NCBI RefSeq assembly: GCF_009914755.1
Contig: NC_060945.1
Origin: the human T2T-CHM13v2.0 reference genome, Homo sapiens
Direction: 5' to 3' (one strand)
DNA length: 64,000 bases
In this document: positions 12,901-26,163 of the stretch, piece after piece
Layout of the letters: each line of letters begins with the position of its first letter
Numbering within the stretch: the first letter of the stretch is position 1
Made by a program: the position numbers and the translations under genes
Notes under the pieces: model-generated
The model's database searches: none
The model's input: the letters and a program-made list of their open reading frames with translations, nothing else
Told to the model about the DNA's origin: nothing

Positions 12901-13400
12901 GGTTGCTGACTAGCTGTAGCCAAAGAATGTTTTAGTGAAACTATTTTTAAATGAGAAGTTCACTTGAAGGCCTCTTCATACCAATCAAAAAATGCTGCCC
13001 ATTGGGCCTGAAAAAATCTTATTATCTTTCTTTTTTAAGGTGCCTCTGAATGAACAATTTCGTTAAAGTCAAATGTTCCCCCAGGGCAGCCAGTGAGGCC
13101 CAATCATCCTTGGGGAATTGAGGCCACTTGGAGAGACAGGCACCAGAATTCCAGTTGCAGTGACTCCATTCAAGGAGTTTTCCTGGGAGAGGAGGGGATT
13201 GAGACATGGCCCCATGAGAGCGGGTGGCAGGAAGTGGGAATTTAGTGTCCGTGCCTGTGCCTCAGGTCCCTAACCCGACACCTTGACACACAGAGCCTCT
13301 CCCCAGCCTCACCAGAAAGAACGCTCTGTGTGGGTCAAAGTCAAGCTCTCAGCACAAAAAATAGACAAAGGGGACACCATCCTATTTCCTTGCTAGTCTA
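6926..13400 (-). mobile_element. Decayed class I (ERV1-like) provirus, antisense to PCBP3: gag-pro-pol-env remnants and a putative 3' LTR (~6926-7337); boundaries approximate
   Basis: Minus-strand remnants in the correct order: protease HSFLLWDSTPENLVGRDF (~11729-11782); RT-like ORF 11004..11198; integrase core GPSEHLQVDF...CVFSGWAEALPC (9565..9768); integrase C-terminus VLLTNPAVKLQGISPWFHIS (~8883-8948); env TM-like WLWDVSSCLGLG...MMLVCCI (~7520-7640); PPT-like taaaggggaaac (~7338-7349); minus-strand AATAAA at ~6985. Confidence 0.8.
10464..10827 (-). mobile_element. MaLR LTR (MLT1B-like) inserted in the ERV pol region
   Basis: gggctgccattgcaaaatgcca...ctcacagtccaggaggctggaagtc...ttacaaggacaccagtc matches the reverse MLT1A/B consensus as I recall it. 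Confidence 0.75.
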
Positions 13401-14311
13401 TAGCAGTTTGTCCAGGCACACACTGACCAAGCCTTGTTTCTAAGAAGAGGGCACTTTTCGTGGAGAGCAAATCCTGTTGCCCTGAATCGTAGCTCAGGCA
13501 TAATGGATCCAGAGCTGGGGGTGTCCTGGGGGTGCTGCCCTGTCACTGCCTCTGCCGCGCTGTCCGCCACGCTCTGCAGCGAGCTCCGGAGCTGCCCTGT
13601 CACTGCCTCTGCCGCGCTGTCTGCCACGCTCTGCAGCGAGCTCCGGGCCACAGCCTGGACACGCCCCATGCGGCTGACAGAAGCCCTGTCCCCCACGGGT
13701 TGCCAGCCTGAACCCAAAGCCCAGCTCTGTCTCCTGGGTGTCAGGACCATGAGCCAAACCAGGCTGCCCAGGAGGGTGGGCACAGGCCGCCCCCCACCTC
13801 AGCCTTCTCACGCTTCTACATTAACCACACATCTCCTTCCCTAGGCCAGACACCAGGAGCCATTCTCTGCCCCCGTGCCCTCCACACCCAGTCGTGGCCT
13901 GTCCCCGACATCCCTGCCTTACCTGGCTCTGGGCATCAGACCCAGCCCCCAGCTAGTCTCCAGCCTCCATTCTCCCCTCCCCTTAGGCCAGCACCCACAC
14001 TTCCTGTATCAGCCTGTCTGTCCACACCCCCTGCCCACCAGGTCTCCACGACCAAGGCCAGACCCGCCCCAACCCCACTGCGGCACGGTGACCATCCTGC
14101 CTTGCCGTCTGTGTGCCCTGCCAGCCTGCCCATCCATTTCAGCGACGTCTCCTGGTCCTCCCTGGCCTGGCCTGGCCACTTTGTCCTCGGCTGTGCATGA
14201 CAGGGGCTCTGTGGGCTTCTGAGTGTGGGAAGTCAGGACACACCCCCTGCCCTCCTGCTTTCTCACTGCACGACGCCTGAAGTGCTGCCAACACACGTGT
14301 CTCTCCCCTAG

Positions 14312-14482
<171 letters not shown>

Positions 14483-14639
14483 TAGGCGGGCTGCGGGTGG
14501 TGGCCACAGGCCAGGCAGCCTTCCTGAGCCTTGTCCCTGCTGTCTGCAAGCCCAATGCTGGCCACGCAGACCCCACAGCTCAAAGTGCGAGACAGGAACA
14601 CAGGACCCATGAGCAAGCACAACTGCACTGCAGGGACCC

Positions 14640-15950
14640 AGCCCACCCACTGCCCAGATACGGACCCGGCCACCCACTGCCCAGATACAGACCTGGCCCA
14701 CCCACTGCCCAGATACGGACCCCCCCCACCCACTGCCCAGATACGGACCCCCCCCCCACCCACTGCCCAGATACGGACCCCCCCCACCCACTGCCCAGAT
14801 ACGGACCCCCCCCCACCCACTGCCCAGATACGGACCCGGCCCACCCACTGCCCAGATACGGACCCCCCCCACCCACTGCCCAGATACGGACCCCCCCCCC
14901 GCCCACTGCCCAGATACGGACCCCCCCCGCCCACTGCCCAGATACGGACCCGGCCCACCCACTGCCCAGATACGGACCTGGCCACCCACTGCCCAGATAC
15001 GGACCCGGCCACCCACTGCCCAGATACAGACCCGGCCCACCCACTGCCCAGATATGGACCCCCCCAACCCACTTCCCAGATACGGACCCCCCCACACACA
15101 CTTCCCAGATACGGACCCCCCCACACACACTTCCCAGATACGGACCCCCCTCACCTGCTTCCCAAATATGGACCTGGCCCACCCACTGCCCAGATATGGA
15201 CCCCCCCCACCACTGCCCAGATACGGACCCCCCCCCACCCACTGCCCAGATACGGACCCCCCCCCGCCCACTGCCCAGATACGGACCCCCCGCCACCCAC
15301 TGCCCAGATATGGACCCCCCCCCGCCCACTGCCCAGATACGGACCCCCCGCCACCCACTGCCCAGATACGGACCCGGCCCACCCACTGCCCAGATACGGA
15401 CCCCCCCCCCACCCACTGCCCAGATACGGACCCGGCCCACCCACTGCCCAGATATGGACCCCCCCCCGCCCACTGCCCAGATACGGACCCCCCCCCCACC
15501 CACTGCCCAGATACGGACCCGGCCCACCCACTGCCCAGATATGGACCCCCCCAACCCACTTCCCAGATACGGACCCCCCCACACACACTTCCCAGATACG
15601 GACCCCCCCACACACACTTCCCAGATACGGACCCCCCTCACCTGCTTCCCAAATATGGACCTGGCCCACCCACTGCCCAGATATGGACCCCCCCCACCAC
15701 TGCCCAGATACGGACCCCCCCCACCACTGCCCAGATATGGACCTGGCCCACCCACTGCCCAGATACGGACCCCCCCCCACCCACTTCCCAGATATGGACC
15801 TGGCCACCCACTGCCCAGATACGGACCCCCCGCCACCCACTGCCCAGATATGGACCCGGCCCACCCACTGCCCAGATACGGACCCCCCCCCCACCCACTG
15901 CCCAGATACGGACCCCCCACCCACTGCCCAAATATGGGCCCTTTCCACCC
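14640..15950. repeat. C-rich minisatellite, ~29-32-bp unit with a variable oligo(C) run, ~42 copies
   Basis: cccactgcccagatacgga-C(n)-a repeats. Confidence 0.97.
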
Positions 15951-16349
15951 ACTGCTCACCTATGGATCCTGCCCACCCACTACACTCCTATGGGCCGTGC
16001 TGGGGACAGGGAAGAACTAGCTGGTCACATGGTTCTGGGCAAGGGAGGCCCTGGGCACTGGGTGCTGTATCTACTCCCTGTGAGGGGCCTCCAGGGCACC
16101 TGGAGACAGCCCTGAGCCATCGGCCTGTCCCAGTGGGCAGAGTTTGCAGATGTGAACTTCACATCCACACGTTTGTCCCATTTCAAGGAAAGCCTGAATC
16201 CTTGCCCTATGCAGCAGGGCAGCTGCCCCAATCTTCATTTCCTTTCCCATGACCAGAGTCCACCTTTCTCTGTGACCTAAAACTCCACAGAGGAGAGAGG
16301 ATTCCGTGTATTTGAAAAGAGTCGTTTGTCTCCCTGAAAATGCCTCTGA

Positions 16350-17027
<678 letters not shown>

Positions 17028-19653
17028 TGAGGGGTCTTCTGCACTGAGTTGGAGCTGCAGAAACAGTGCTCTTTACGTTGGAGTCAGGCCTTGGGGGGCA
17101 GCTGGGGGTGGGAGGGAGGCAAAGGCAGGAGGCTCCTCTGCGCATGCAGTTCTGCAGAAGGAGGCGTCAAACCACCGTGGAGGAACAGAGGTCAAAACTC
17201 GGGAAAACATACAAAACTCATGCAGAAGTAGAGATGGGTGAACAAAAGCATTAAAACGGAAAAGCAGAGAAGAACCCGCTCAGAGCAGACGCCTCTCTTG
17301 AAGTTTCGGGGGGAGGAAAAAACTCAGAAGTATACTCAAAATTCATGAAGCTATCAACAGTTGCCAGTCTTTCCTGAAGCAAAAATGAAGAAGCCTCGCC
17401 CCAGATGGAAAGTTCTAGCAGCTCTGCAGGGTCAGCCTCCAGCCCCTCCTGCAGCCCAGGCTCACTCCTCTCTCGTACTTGGCTTGGGGTTCAAACCCCA
17501 TGTTTGACTCTTTAAAAAATGTTTGCGTAGTTGTTGTTTCCCTGAAGTTTGATACTTTGTGAAGTGAAAAATATTTTTCAAAATATTCTTGTTCTGAAAT
17601 CTTCCCCACTCCCTGGTTAGGGCGAAAGTGCCATGCTGGTCTGAGCTATCTGTTCAACTCTCCAGTCTCAGGCCCTGGAGGCCCTGCGGGCCGAGGCTCA
17701 GGAGCAGCCAGTGACACGAACAGTTCTAGGAGGGACATCCCTAATGGAGGGCCGAGGTCCAGCTCCTCAACAACACGTGGGTCTCGTCAGCGTCACCCAG
17801 TGCCTCTGCTGCCTGCGTCCCGGTGCAGTGCCAGGTGCAGCTCCACAGATGCAGGTGCACCCGCTGCCCCAAGGCTGCCCATGCCCCCAGAGCCATCATC
17901 CGAACCACCCTATCTCCTTCCTGGGCAGGGAGGTTTGAGCAAGACAGGGAGCTCGTAGCAGACATGGCCGGTGAAGATGGCCAGGCAGCTGCTCTCACTC
18001 CCGCTGGCTGTGCTGCATCCCAAGTCCCAGGGGCCATCATCCCAGGGAGGAAGATTCATCACACCTGGAAACAGCTGGGTCCGCCCTCAGATGAAGAGTG
18101 ACTGGAAAAATAAAGCCAAGGATGCCTTAAAGACCCTCCTGGTTGATTGGAGGACTTCTGGGCTTGGTAGTGGGCATGCCTCACCTCACACCCAGGAGAT
18201 GACGGAGGAAAGGGCTGCCCAGGGTGCCATGAGTCTGGGTGGGGCCTGCTGAGAATACAGACATCGCCACAGATGGTGCCCTGCCCACCCAGGGCCCAGC
18301 ACCCTGTACCCAGTGCAGGGAGGCTCATGCAGTCCCAGGGGAGGCCAGCAGGCCCTGTGCCCAGAGAAGAAGTGGGAATCACAGGTCAGGGTCAGCTGGG
18401 AGCTCCTGTGCCTGGGTGGGGGTCGAGGGCCCATAGCACAGGGGCACTGGCCCGAGGCTGGGCATCTCCAGGAGCCGGGGAGGGCAGCGGCGGCTCCCGT
18501 CTACCTCAGTCAGTTCCTCCCACCCCAGGCCCAGCTCGAGTCAGCCCAGACCCGCCCCACATCCCCTTCCCCACAGTACTTGAGGTCACACCCCAGGGCC
18601 CTGGCGCTGCGGATCCAGCCACCCACTCCCCATCTTGGGGCTTTGAGTGTGAGTGGCGCTCCCTGAGTGCTGGGCTGGCCCTGAGTCAGCCAAGGCCCCA
18701 GAACTCCCAGCAGGACAGGCTGCCCCCTGCCAGGAATGGCTCATGGGCTCCAGCCCCCACCTCTTCCTGCTGGACCAACCCCAGCTGTGGTGCCCCCCAG
18801 GCCCAGGACTTCTGCCTCCTTGACCTGGGCCCTGGGGACAGTTAGACAGGGGACTCACCCAGGAGAAGGAGGGCAGGCTAAAAATGCTGGCGCTGGAGAA
18901 TGTTAATCCTGTGTTTCCGACAGAATACCCAAGGGAAATTAAGGCAAACCTCATCGTAACTATGGGATTTTTTCCTCTGGAGTCTATAAGCACTTTAAAC
19001 ATGCTTTTTCACATAGTGAAGTGGGATGTTTCCAAGTCTCCTGTGGAGATCTCTGCTGACTGTCACCACGGGCCAAGCCAAGCGCTTTGGATATAGGTCC
19101 CGGTGGAGTCCTACAGGGCTCAACTTTCTCCAGAACATTCAAGAGAATTGCTCCAAGGGGCAGCTCCCTGTGAAGCCGTGCAGCCAGGCCTGCAGGGCCC
19201 TGCGCATCCCAGGAGGGGCCCCGGTGGAGGGGCCAGCACCGCAGGGGGCCGTCTGGGTTGGCGGCCAGCCCTTGTCCAGCAGGGTCTTGTGGGCAAGGGA
19301 CCCACCCCAGCTGGCCTCCCACAATGGGACTGACCCTCCGCACTGCCACAGAGCCTCCCAGGGATGTTCGGGGCAGGCGGTACTCTCAGGAGGCCGGTGT
19401 GTGGCAAACTGCAGCCCAGGGCTCAGCAAAAAGGAGCCCTCTGGAGGGACAGGCCATAAGACAGCCACACAGAGGGTGTGGGGGCTGGAGGTCTTCACTC
19501 CCCTCCCCCAGCACTGCTGCGAAACTCGGGGAGGTGTGGGGAGCGTGGAGCTGGTGCAGGGGGCTGAGTGGGGTGGGCCGGGGCACGCCTCCCCATTGCC
19601 AGGCTGCGAAGCTGCTCTAACGCTCTCTCTCCCTCTCCTGTCCCTTTTCCTAG

Positions 19654-19728
19654 TCCCCACCGAAAGGTGCCACCATTCCCTACCGCCCAAAGCCCGCCTC
19701 CACCCCTGTCATTTTTGCAGGTGGTCAG
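19654..19728 (+). CDS. PCBP3: PCBP3 exon SPPKGATIPYRPKPASTPVIFAGGQ (KH2-KH3 linker)
   Basis: Long pyrimidine tract + tag acceptor and CAG|gtaaga donor; TIPYRPKP is a PCBP linker motif. Confidence 0.95.
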
Positions 19729-22700
19729 GTAAGAGCCGATCCGCTCGCGGCCTCCACTGCCAACCTCAGCCTTTTACTGCAGCACCCGCCGCTGCCCGTT
19801 AGTGCACTCAGGTTTTCTCGCCTTCTCACGTGCACGTCTCCCACCCGTGCTGGAGGCAGAGCTCTTCCACCTACACCCAGCACCAGGCGGACGCAGGGGG
19901 CCTTCAGAGCGGCATTCCCCCACAGAGACGGCCCCACGGAATCATGTTCTCCCTCCCTGACCCGGGCAGGAAGATCTGGCTCTGCCTAAATCCAGTTCCC
20001 AGAACTGGGTGTTTTTAGGAAGCTTAGATAGCCGGCGCGCAGGCGCTTTCTAGGTGATTTTACGACTCACGTTGGAAACAGCACGATGAGAACCAGGGTC
20101 TTGTTTCCACTGACATCCGTGTTCCCAAACTCCCAGGATGTGCTTGTAGCAGGGACGTGCGAGAGGAGGGAGCTCTGCACTGAGGAAGGATGCATGGCCC
20201 GATGACCGGGCGTCTGTGCCGCTGTGTCCGGACCTCCGTCTGCTGTGAGCAGGGGCCTCACAGGCGCCCCATACCCCATACCCAGTCTGCAGATCTGGCT
20301 CTTTTGGTTTCAGCCCTTGAGCTCTGTGTTCTCCCGCCAGGGATGGCAGCACCTCTGCAGGAGAGTGGAGGAGGGGAGCCCTGCCCCAGCCCCTCACCTG
20401 AGCCCAAACCCTGGCCAGGGCACAGGGAACACCCACCCACTCAGGGCCAGTCTGTGGCCAACAGACTTTGAAGGTGTCCGGCGGGGGTTGGCCTGGAAGA
20501 GCTCTGTGTCCAGTCGGCCGTGATGTGTGTCTTTGTTCAAGGGAGAGTTGAGACAGACGTTCCCACAGGTGACCCTGGCAGGGCAGAACAGGCCTGAGGT
20601 TTGACTTTACCATCAAAAAGGAGAGAAGGGGCAAATGTTAGCACTTTTCCTGGTGCTTTTCCTTACGGTGTAAAGGAATCTTATCAGATCTCCCAGTTGT
20701 GGCCCGTGTTTGAGGGAGAGACAGGGAGTGTGTGTCCATCCCTTCCCTCCCAGGGTCCCGTGTGCTCAGGGCAGGGTATGCCTTTTCCCCACACTGGCCT
20801 CGTCTCCACAGCCTGGCACACACCCCTTCCTGTCTTGCTGTGGTCAGGGAGCCCCCACATGCACATGCCATCCTTACAGCAGCCCCAGGGCATGGCACAC
20901 CCCCATTTTATAGCCAGGAAACTGGGCCTGGCTAGCCAGGGATTTGCCTGGTGTCACAGCCCTGTGGGCAGCAGGACATGTCCTTACCTCGCCGACCTAG
21001 GGGGCTCAGGTCACAGGGTCACACGGAGTCACACGGCGGGAGAAGTCCCTGTGCAAAACTCCATTTCGCTGCTTTCCCCAAATTCATGGTTAGGTAACCG
21101 GTTTAGTAACCTCTGTGGACTCCACCTTGATGTTTAAACAAATCCATGATGATATCATGTGGTAAAAGGTAGGATTTTTTTCAAAAGGAAGGTGTGTTTA
21201 TACAAACACATGTGGGGTCTTAAAGCCACTGGGGGAGGAGTCACAGCTCCAGGGAAGAGGGGGTGCAGCTGAGCCCTGCTCAGCCACCGGCCACACACCT
21301 CTCACTCCTGTAAAGAAGGCAGTAGCACGCCCTCCCTACTGCAGCAGGTGAAGGGCCCTGTGCAGTGGGTGCTGTCCGAAGGTTGATGCTAGAATGTCAG
21401 CCCTTTGAGAGCTGGGCCCTGGGGCCCTGGGGACAGTCTGGTCTGGCCAGTGGTCAGCCTTGGTGGTGGAGGACAGAGTCGCAGGGAGTTACCCACCCTG
21501 AAGTAACCCAGGGGAGCTGCCGAAATGCAAACCCAGAAGTGTGGGCCGGATACCTGCAAGGCCACTGGCGTCTCCTTGACGACTCAGACCCACAGTGCCT
21601 AGATTAGGACACACAACCCAATACAGACCCTAGAGAGCTAACCTGGAGGGCCCATCCACTTTATTTCTGTCCAGTTGGAGAAATCAGGGACCTGGAAGAT
21701 GCCCCACCACTGTGAGTGCTCTGGGGGCACCCAGCAGCAGCTCCTGTCAGCCACCACCGCGTTTCTAGCACGACATGGTCGTGAGTTAAATCAGCAGAGC
21801 CTGCTAAGGGACGAGCAGATAGAAAACATAACAGTAAGAAGATCAGTCAGAAAACTCGCGTGGCCCAGGATGCAGGATGCTTGAGCTCTTGTGGTTCAGC
21901 TCAGACAGTTGGGGCTGACCTGGGACCCCGTGCGCTGAGGGGGCGGCTCCCAGCATGAGTTCCAGGGCCCCTCACCTTCGGTGACACATGGGAACGTGCC
22001 TCTGGCAGCACCTTTACAAAACACTTGCAGGTGGCCCTCAAGACACTTTGTACAGGACAGTGAGGTCCTTGGTTCCTGCTCTATCTGATAAGATTCTTTT
22101 ACTTCCTCAGCTGACGCAGCACTGTGGCCTCACAGCCCTGGGGCTTGTTTCAAAGCTGGGCTGCAGCCGGGTCCCTGTCTGGAGGTTGACTGGCCTTTAA
22201 CTCCGAGGATTGGGTTGTTTATGATGAAAACTCTTGGCAGATTCAAAACCCATGGGAGGGTTTGGGCTGCACAGAGGTGACACACATCCTTCCCTGAAGT
22301 GTCCCTCTCTGGTGCACAGGGTCCCCCCACCCCCACGTGTGGTCACCGCGAACACCGATACCACGGGTCCTCATGGGAAGTGGCGTGGGGCCCGCACAGC
22401 CAGGGGCTGGTAGCCGCTCCCTCCACCCCCAGGCTGCCACCAGGCCTGGTGCAGCCCTGTCCATGTCCCGAGTCCTGACAGCTGTTCGTGGTCTTCACTC
22501 TCCCTTGACTCTGTGTGGTCCATTTGTTGTCTGGCCATGAGTTTCTGAATCACCTGAAAGCGTCTCCACTGACGGGACCTGTGGGGCAGGTGGGGCCTCT
22601 CTCACCTGCCCGGATTTCAGAGTCAGGGTGGGTGGGAAGAGGCTGCAGGTCGGAGTCACTGTTTTGAAGGCGAGGGAAATACTGAAGCCAAAATGAGGCC

Positions 22701-23288
22701 TCAGGAGCCCCACACGATGGCTTGGGAGGGGTGTATTGCTGCCCCCACGTCAGGAGGGCCACCCCCTCCCTGTCTTCAGGGCGGTCATGAGAGGCAGCAA
22801 GCTGTGACTGACGTAGACCCGCTTCCTACGTAGACTGGCTTTTGGTGAATTGGTTTTGGTCACCTTTTAGAGCTTTCTTTTGTTGTTTGGACTTCTTGGG
22901 GTAAATTATTTCCCAAAAGTATTTACTCAGATGACTGATTAAATTTTCAAAACCGTAATAATTAGTGGACCTCTTACTGGGCAGATCACTCTTCGATTCT
23001 TTTGCTTTAAGAAACTTGGAGTCGGAAGCATCAAGGCTGAACTGTTTCCCTCCCACCCGCTGAACTGGCCAGCTCAGCTCTGCCCGCCCAGAGGAAGTGG
23101 GTGCGGCTCCCCTGGGGCTCCTGGTGCCCTGGGAGGGTTGGCCCTTTGTCCTAGGATGGGGACAGGTGGAGAGGCACACGAGGGGGAAGCTTCTACCGGA
23201 GGGTCCTTGTCATGCTGGAGGGTGGCGGCGGGTGCTGAGCCGTGGTGCAGCCAGGTTGCAGTCTGACGGGGTCTCTCTCTCTCTCTAG

Positions 23289-23330
23289 GCCTACACAATC
23301 CAGGGACAGTATGCCATCCCTCACCCGGAT
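23289..23330 (+). CDS. PCBP3: PCBP3 exon AYTIQGQYAIPHPD
   Basis: (ct)n-ag acceptor and GAT|gtgagt donor; 42 nt. Confidence 0.95.
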
Positions 23331-23985
23331 GTGAGTCTTCACTTTGTCTTCCTCTCACCTTTCTCTTCTCATGGTTGTTTACCTACCTGCATGCTGCTGT
23401 TAATTGCTACTAACATTAATATTACACAATAATATTAATCAACTTCTCAGCGTTCCTGACCTGTGTCGTATCCATATGACCTCGAATAACCTTTTAACCT
23501 CTTAGCACTAATTCTGCTTGTGTTGAGGACTTGGCCTGATGTCAAATTGTCTCAATTCTGCCGCAGTCCTGGGTTTTCCTCCCTCCCACGGGGCCTGGGA
23601 GGGAACTGAGACGGGCTCTGTCCCCGTGCAGGGCAGTGAGGATGTGCTCACCCGCCACAGGCAGGCGTCAGTGATACTTTCTCTGCGCCTAAGAAGTTGG
23701 GTGACATTATCAAACAGGCCACAAAGATACCTTGGCAAGCACATTTGAGGGCCTGGTGAAATTAACTCCCCCTTTCAGAGTCCACATGAAAACGTAGGGT
23801 CCATCTACACACACAGATCCAGGCTGTGGAAAGCCAGTGGAATAGGCCTTTGTCTTCATTCCAGAATCAGTGGGATGCCAGGCGGGCATAGCGTCCTTGG
23901 CTCCGCCCGGGCCATGCGGAGCTGGGTCCCATGCAGCTCCATGACCGGGGGCTCCGACACCTCTTTTCTGCTCCTGCTGGGTCTA

Positions 23986-24601
23986 GGTGTAATTCCAGTG
24001 CTGGAGGAAGAAGTTACCCTCAGATAAACGGTCGGTGTAATTCCAGTGCTGGGGGAAGAAGTTACCCTCAGATAAACCGTCGGTGTAATTCCAGTGCTGG
24101 GGGAAGAAGTTACCCTCAGATAAACCGTCGGTGTAATTCCAGTGCTGGGGGAAGAAGTTACCCTCAGATAAACCGTCGGTGTAATTCCAGTGCTGGGGGA
24201 AGAAGTTACTCTCAGATAAACCGTCGGTGTAATTCCAGTGCTGGAGGAAGAAGTTACTCTCAGATAAACGGTCGGTGTAATTCCAGTGCTGGGGGAAGAA
24301 GTTACCCTCAGATAAACCATTGGTGTAATTCCAGTGCTGGAGGAAGAAGATACTCTCAGATAAACCGTCGGTGTAATTCCAGTGCTGGAGGAAGAAGTTA
24401 CCCTCAGATAAACCATTGGTGTAATTCCAGTGCTGGGGGAAGAAGTTACCCTCAGATAAACCGTCGGTGTAATTCCAGTGCTGGAGGAAGAAGTTACCCT
24501 CAGATAAACCACTGGTGTAATTCCAGTGCTGGAGGAAGAAGTTACTCTCAGATAAACCGTCGGTGTAATTCCAGTGCTGGAGGAAGAAGATACTCTCAGA
24601 T
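23986..24601. repeat. Minisatellite, 48-bp unit, ~13 copies
   Basis: Unit ggtgtaattccagtgctggaggaagaagttaccctcagataaaccgtc. Confidence 0.97.
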
Positions 24602-26163
24602 CATCCATCGGAGGGGAACCCTGGGCGGCTCTGGGCTGTGCGGCTCAGACCCCTTAGGGGCCAAGAGATAAAAGGTGCAAACTGTGAGCAAAGGGCCTCT
24701 CTGGAGGCGGCTTTAGGGCCCCCAGGGAGTGACGGCCGCACTGGCAGGCACTGGGGAGAGGAGAGGGGAGAGCAACAGAGAACGAGAGACGGCCCCACCG
24801 GAAGTGCTTCGTGCTGTCAGCAGATGGGGCAAACCTGGAGTTGGTTCTGAGGAGGTTTCTCTTCTCTAAACCATTTTGAACGTTTGCCCAGCTCAGTAGC
24901 TGCTCCTCGTAACGCAGTTCCAGTCTGTGTGCTGCTCCCTCTGAACTGCGAGAGGCGCCTCTGAGCTGGTTGGGAGGTGGCCGCCAGGTGAGCGGGCTGC
25001 TCCAGAGCCTTCTGCAAACCCTGATGCTTTTGAGTTGGGGGCAAGGACGTCCATCTGAGTGAGATGAGAAGGCAGGTCAGGAGTGTTTTTAAGAGTTAAT
25101 GATCATTAAATAAATCTTTGATATAGAGATGCAATTTACTATCATTGCAGGAAAATTTATATTGAATGGAGAATAGATAACAATAGTTATTCCATTAAAG
25201 GCAACACATGAATCAAATGGTAGAGAAACGCTGATCAAGAAAAGCCTTTCCCCACCTGCCCCAGAGGCCGTTTTTAGTGGTTCCTGGCGTCAGACCTTTG
25301 GTGATGCTGCTGTAGCTACATCAAGGACATCTCATCCTGGGGTCAGCTGTAGACACCAGTGCCTGACCCCACTAGGAAGCCGGGCTGTGGCCACCACACA
25401 CCGGAAGGCACTGTTGGGGCTGCCCCAGCCTGCGCCCAGCAGCAGCGTTGGGCAGAAGCAGAGGTGTGTGTGTGTGTGTGTGCGCGCGTGCGCGTCCCCG
25501 TGCATGTGTGTGGCAGGGGTGTGGGGGGCAGGTGTGATGTGTCCTAACAGAAAGCCTGTGTGAAGGAAGATGAAGATGGAAGCCAGGGGAGTCAGAGGCG
25601 ACTTTCTGGGGTGGCCCAGTTCCATTAAGGACTCAGGACAGGTGGTCACGCACATCTAGAGATGCACGTGTGCAGAGGCAGGTTCCAAAGGGGGGGGTCA
25701 CTTGACTTTGCAAAGCTCTGGAACCCAAAGGAAAGGCAGTGTGCGGTGCCCTTGGTAAAGGGAAGGTTAGTCGATGGGGTCAGGGTTTGTGTTTACCCCA
25801 GACAGTCGCCCTGAAGTTGGATGCTCAGACCTGCAGGGACCCTCTGGTGACACCTTACGGATTTCCTGTGGCCACAGAGCCTAACGTTCTCACTGTGGCC
25901 TTTGGCTGAGCACCCGTCTGAGCCAGAATGCTTGTGGTCTGAAATTTCCAGAGGCCGTGGCTGTGTGCCACGGTGGGACTGCAGGACCCTGATGTTTGGT
26001 GATTGGCTTTTACTTCGATTGGTGGCTTTGCTCTTTCTCATGTGACTTTCTCAGTATCTCTTAGAAATGGGTAGTTGTGCAGATTGTTTCAAATTAGTTT
26101 AATGTATAACTAACTGTTAAGAGAACTGCCTCAGTGCATGTGGTAATGATTTGAGATACCTGG

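Noticed and set aside
6926-13400. Domesticated retroviral gene (env/gag)
   Set aside because: All remnants are broken by stops and frameshifts, and the catalytic motifs are degenerate.
23856-24671. 16-aa repeat ORFs on both strands (mucin-like)
   Set aside because: The 48-bp unit is divisible by 3; there is no signal peptide or independent gene structure.
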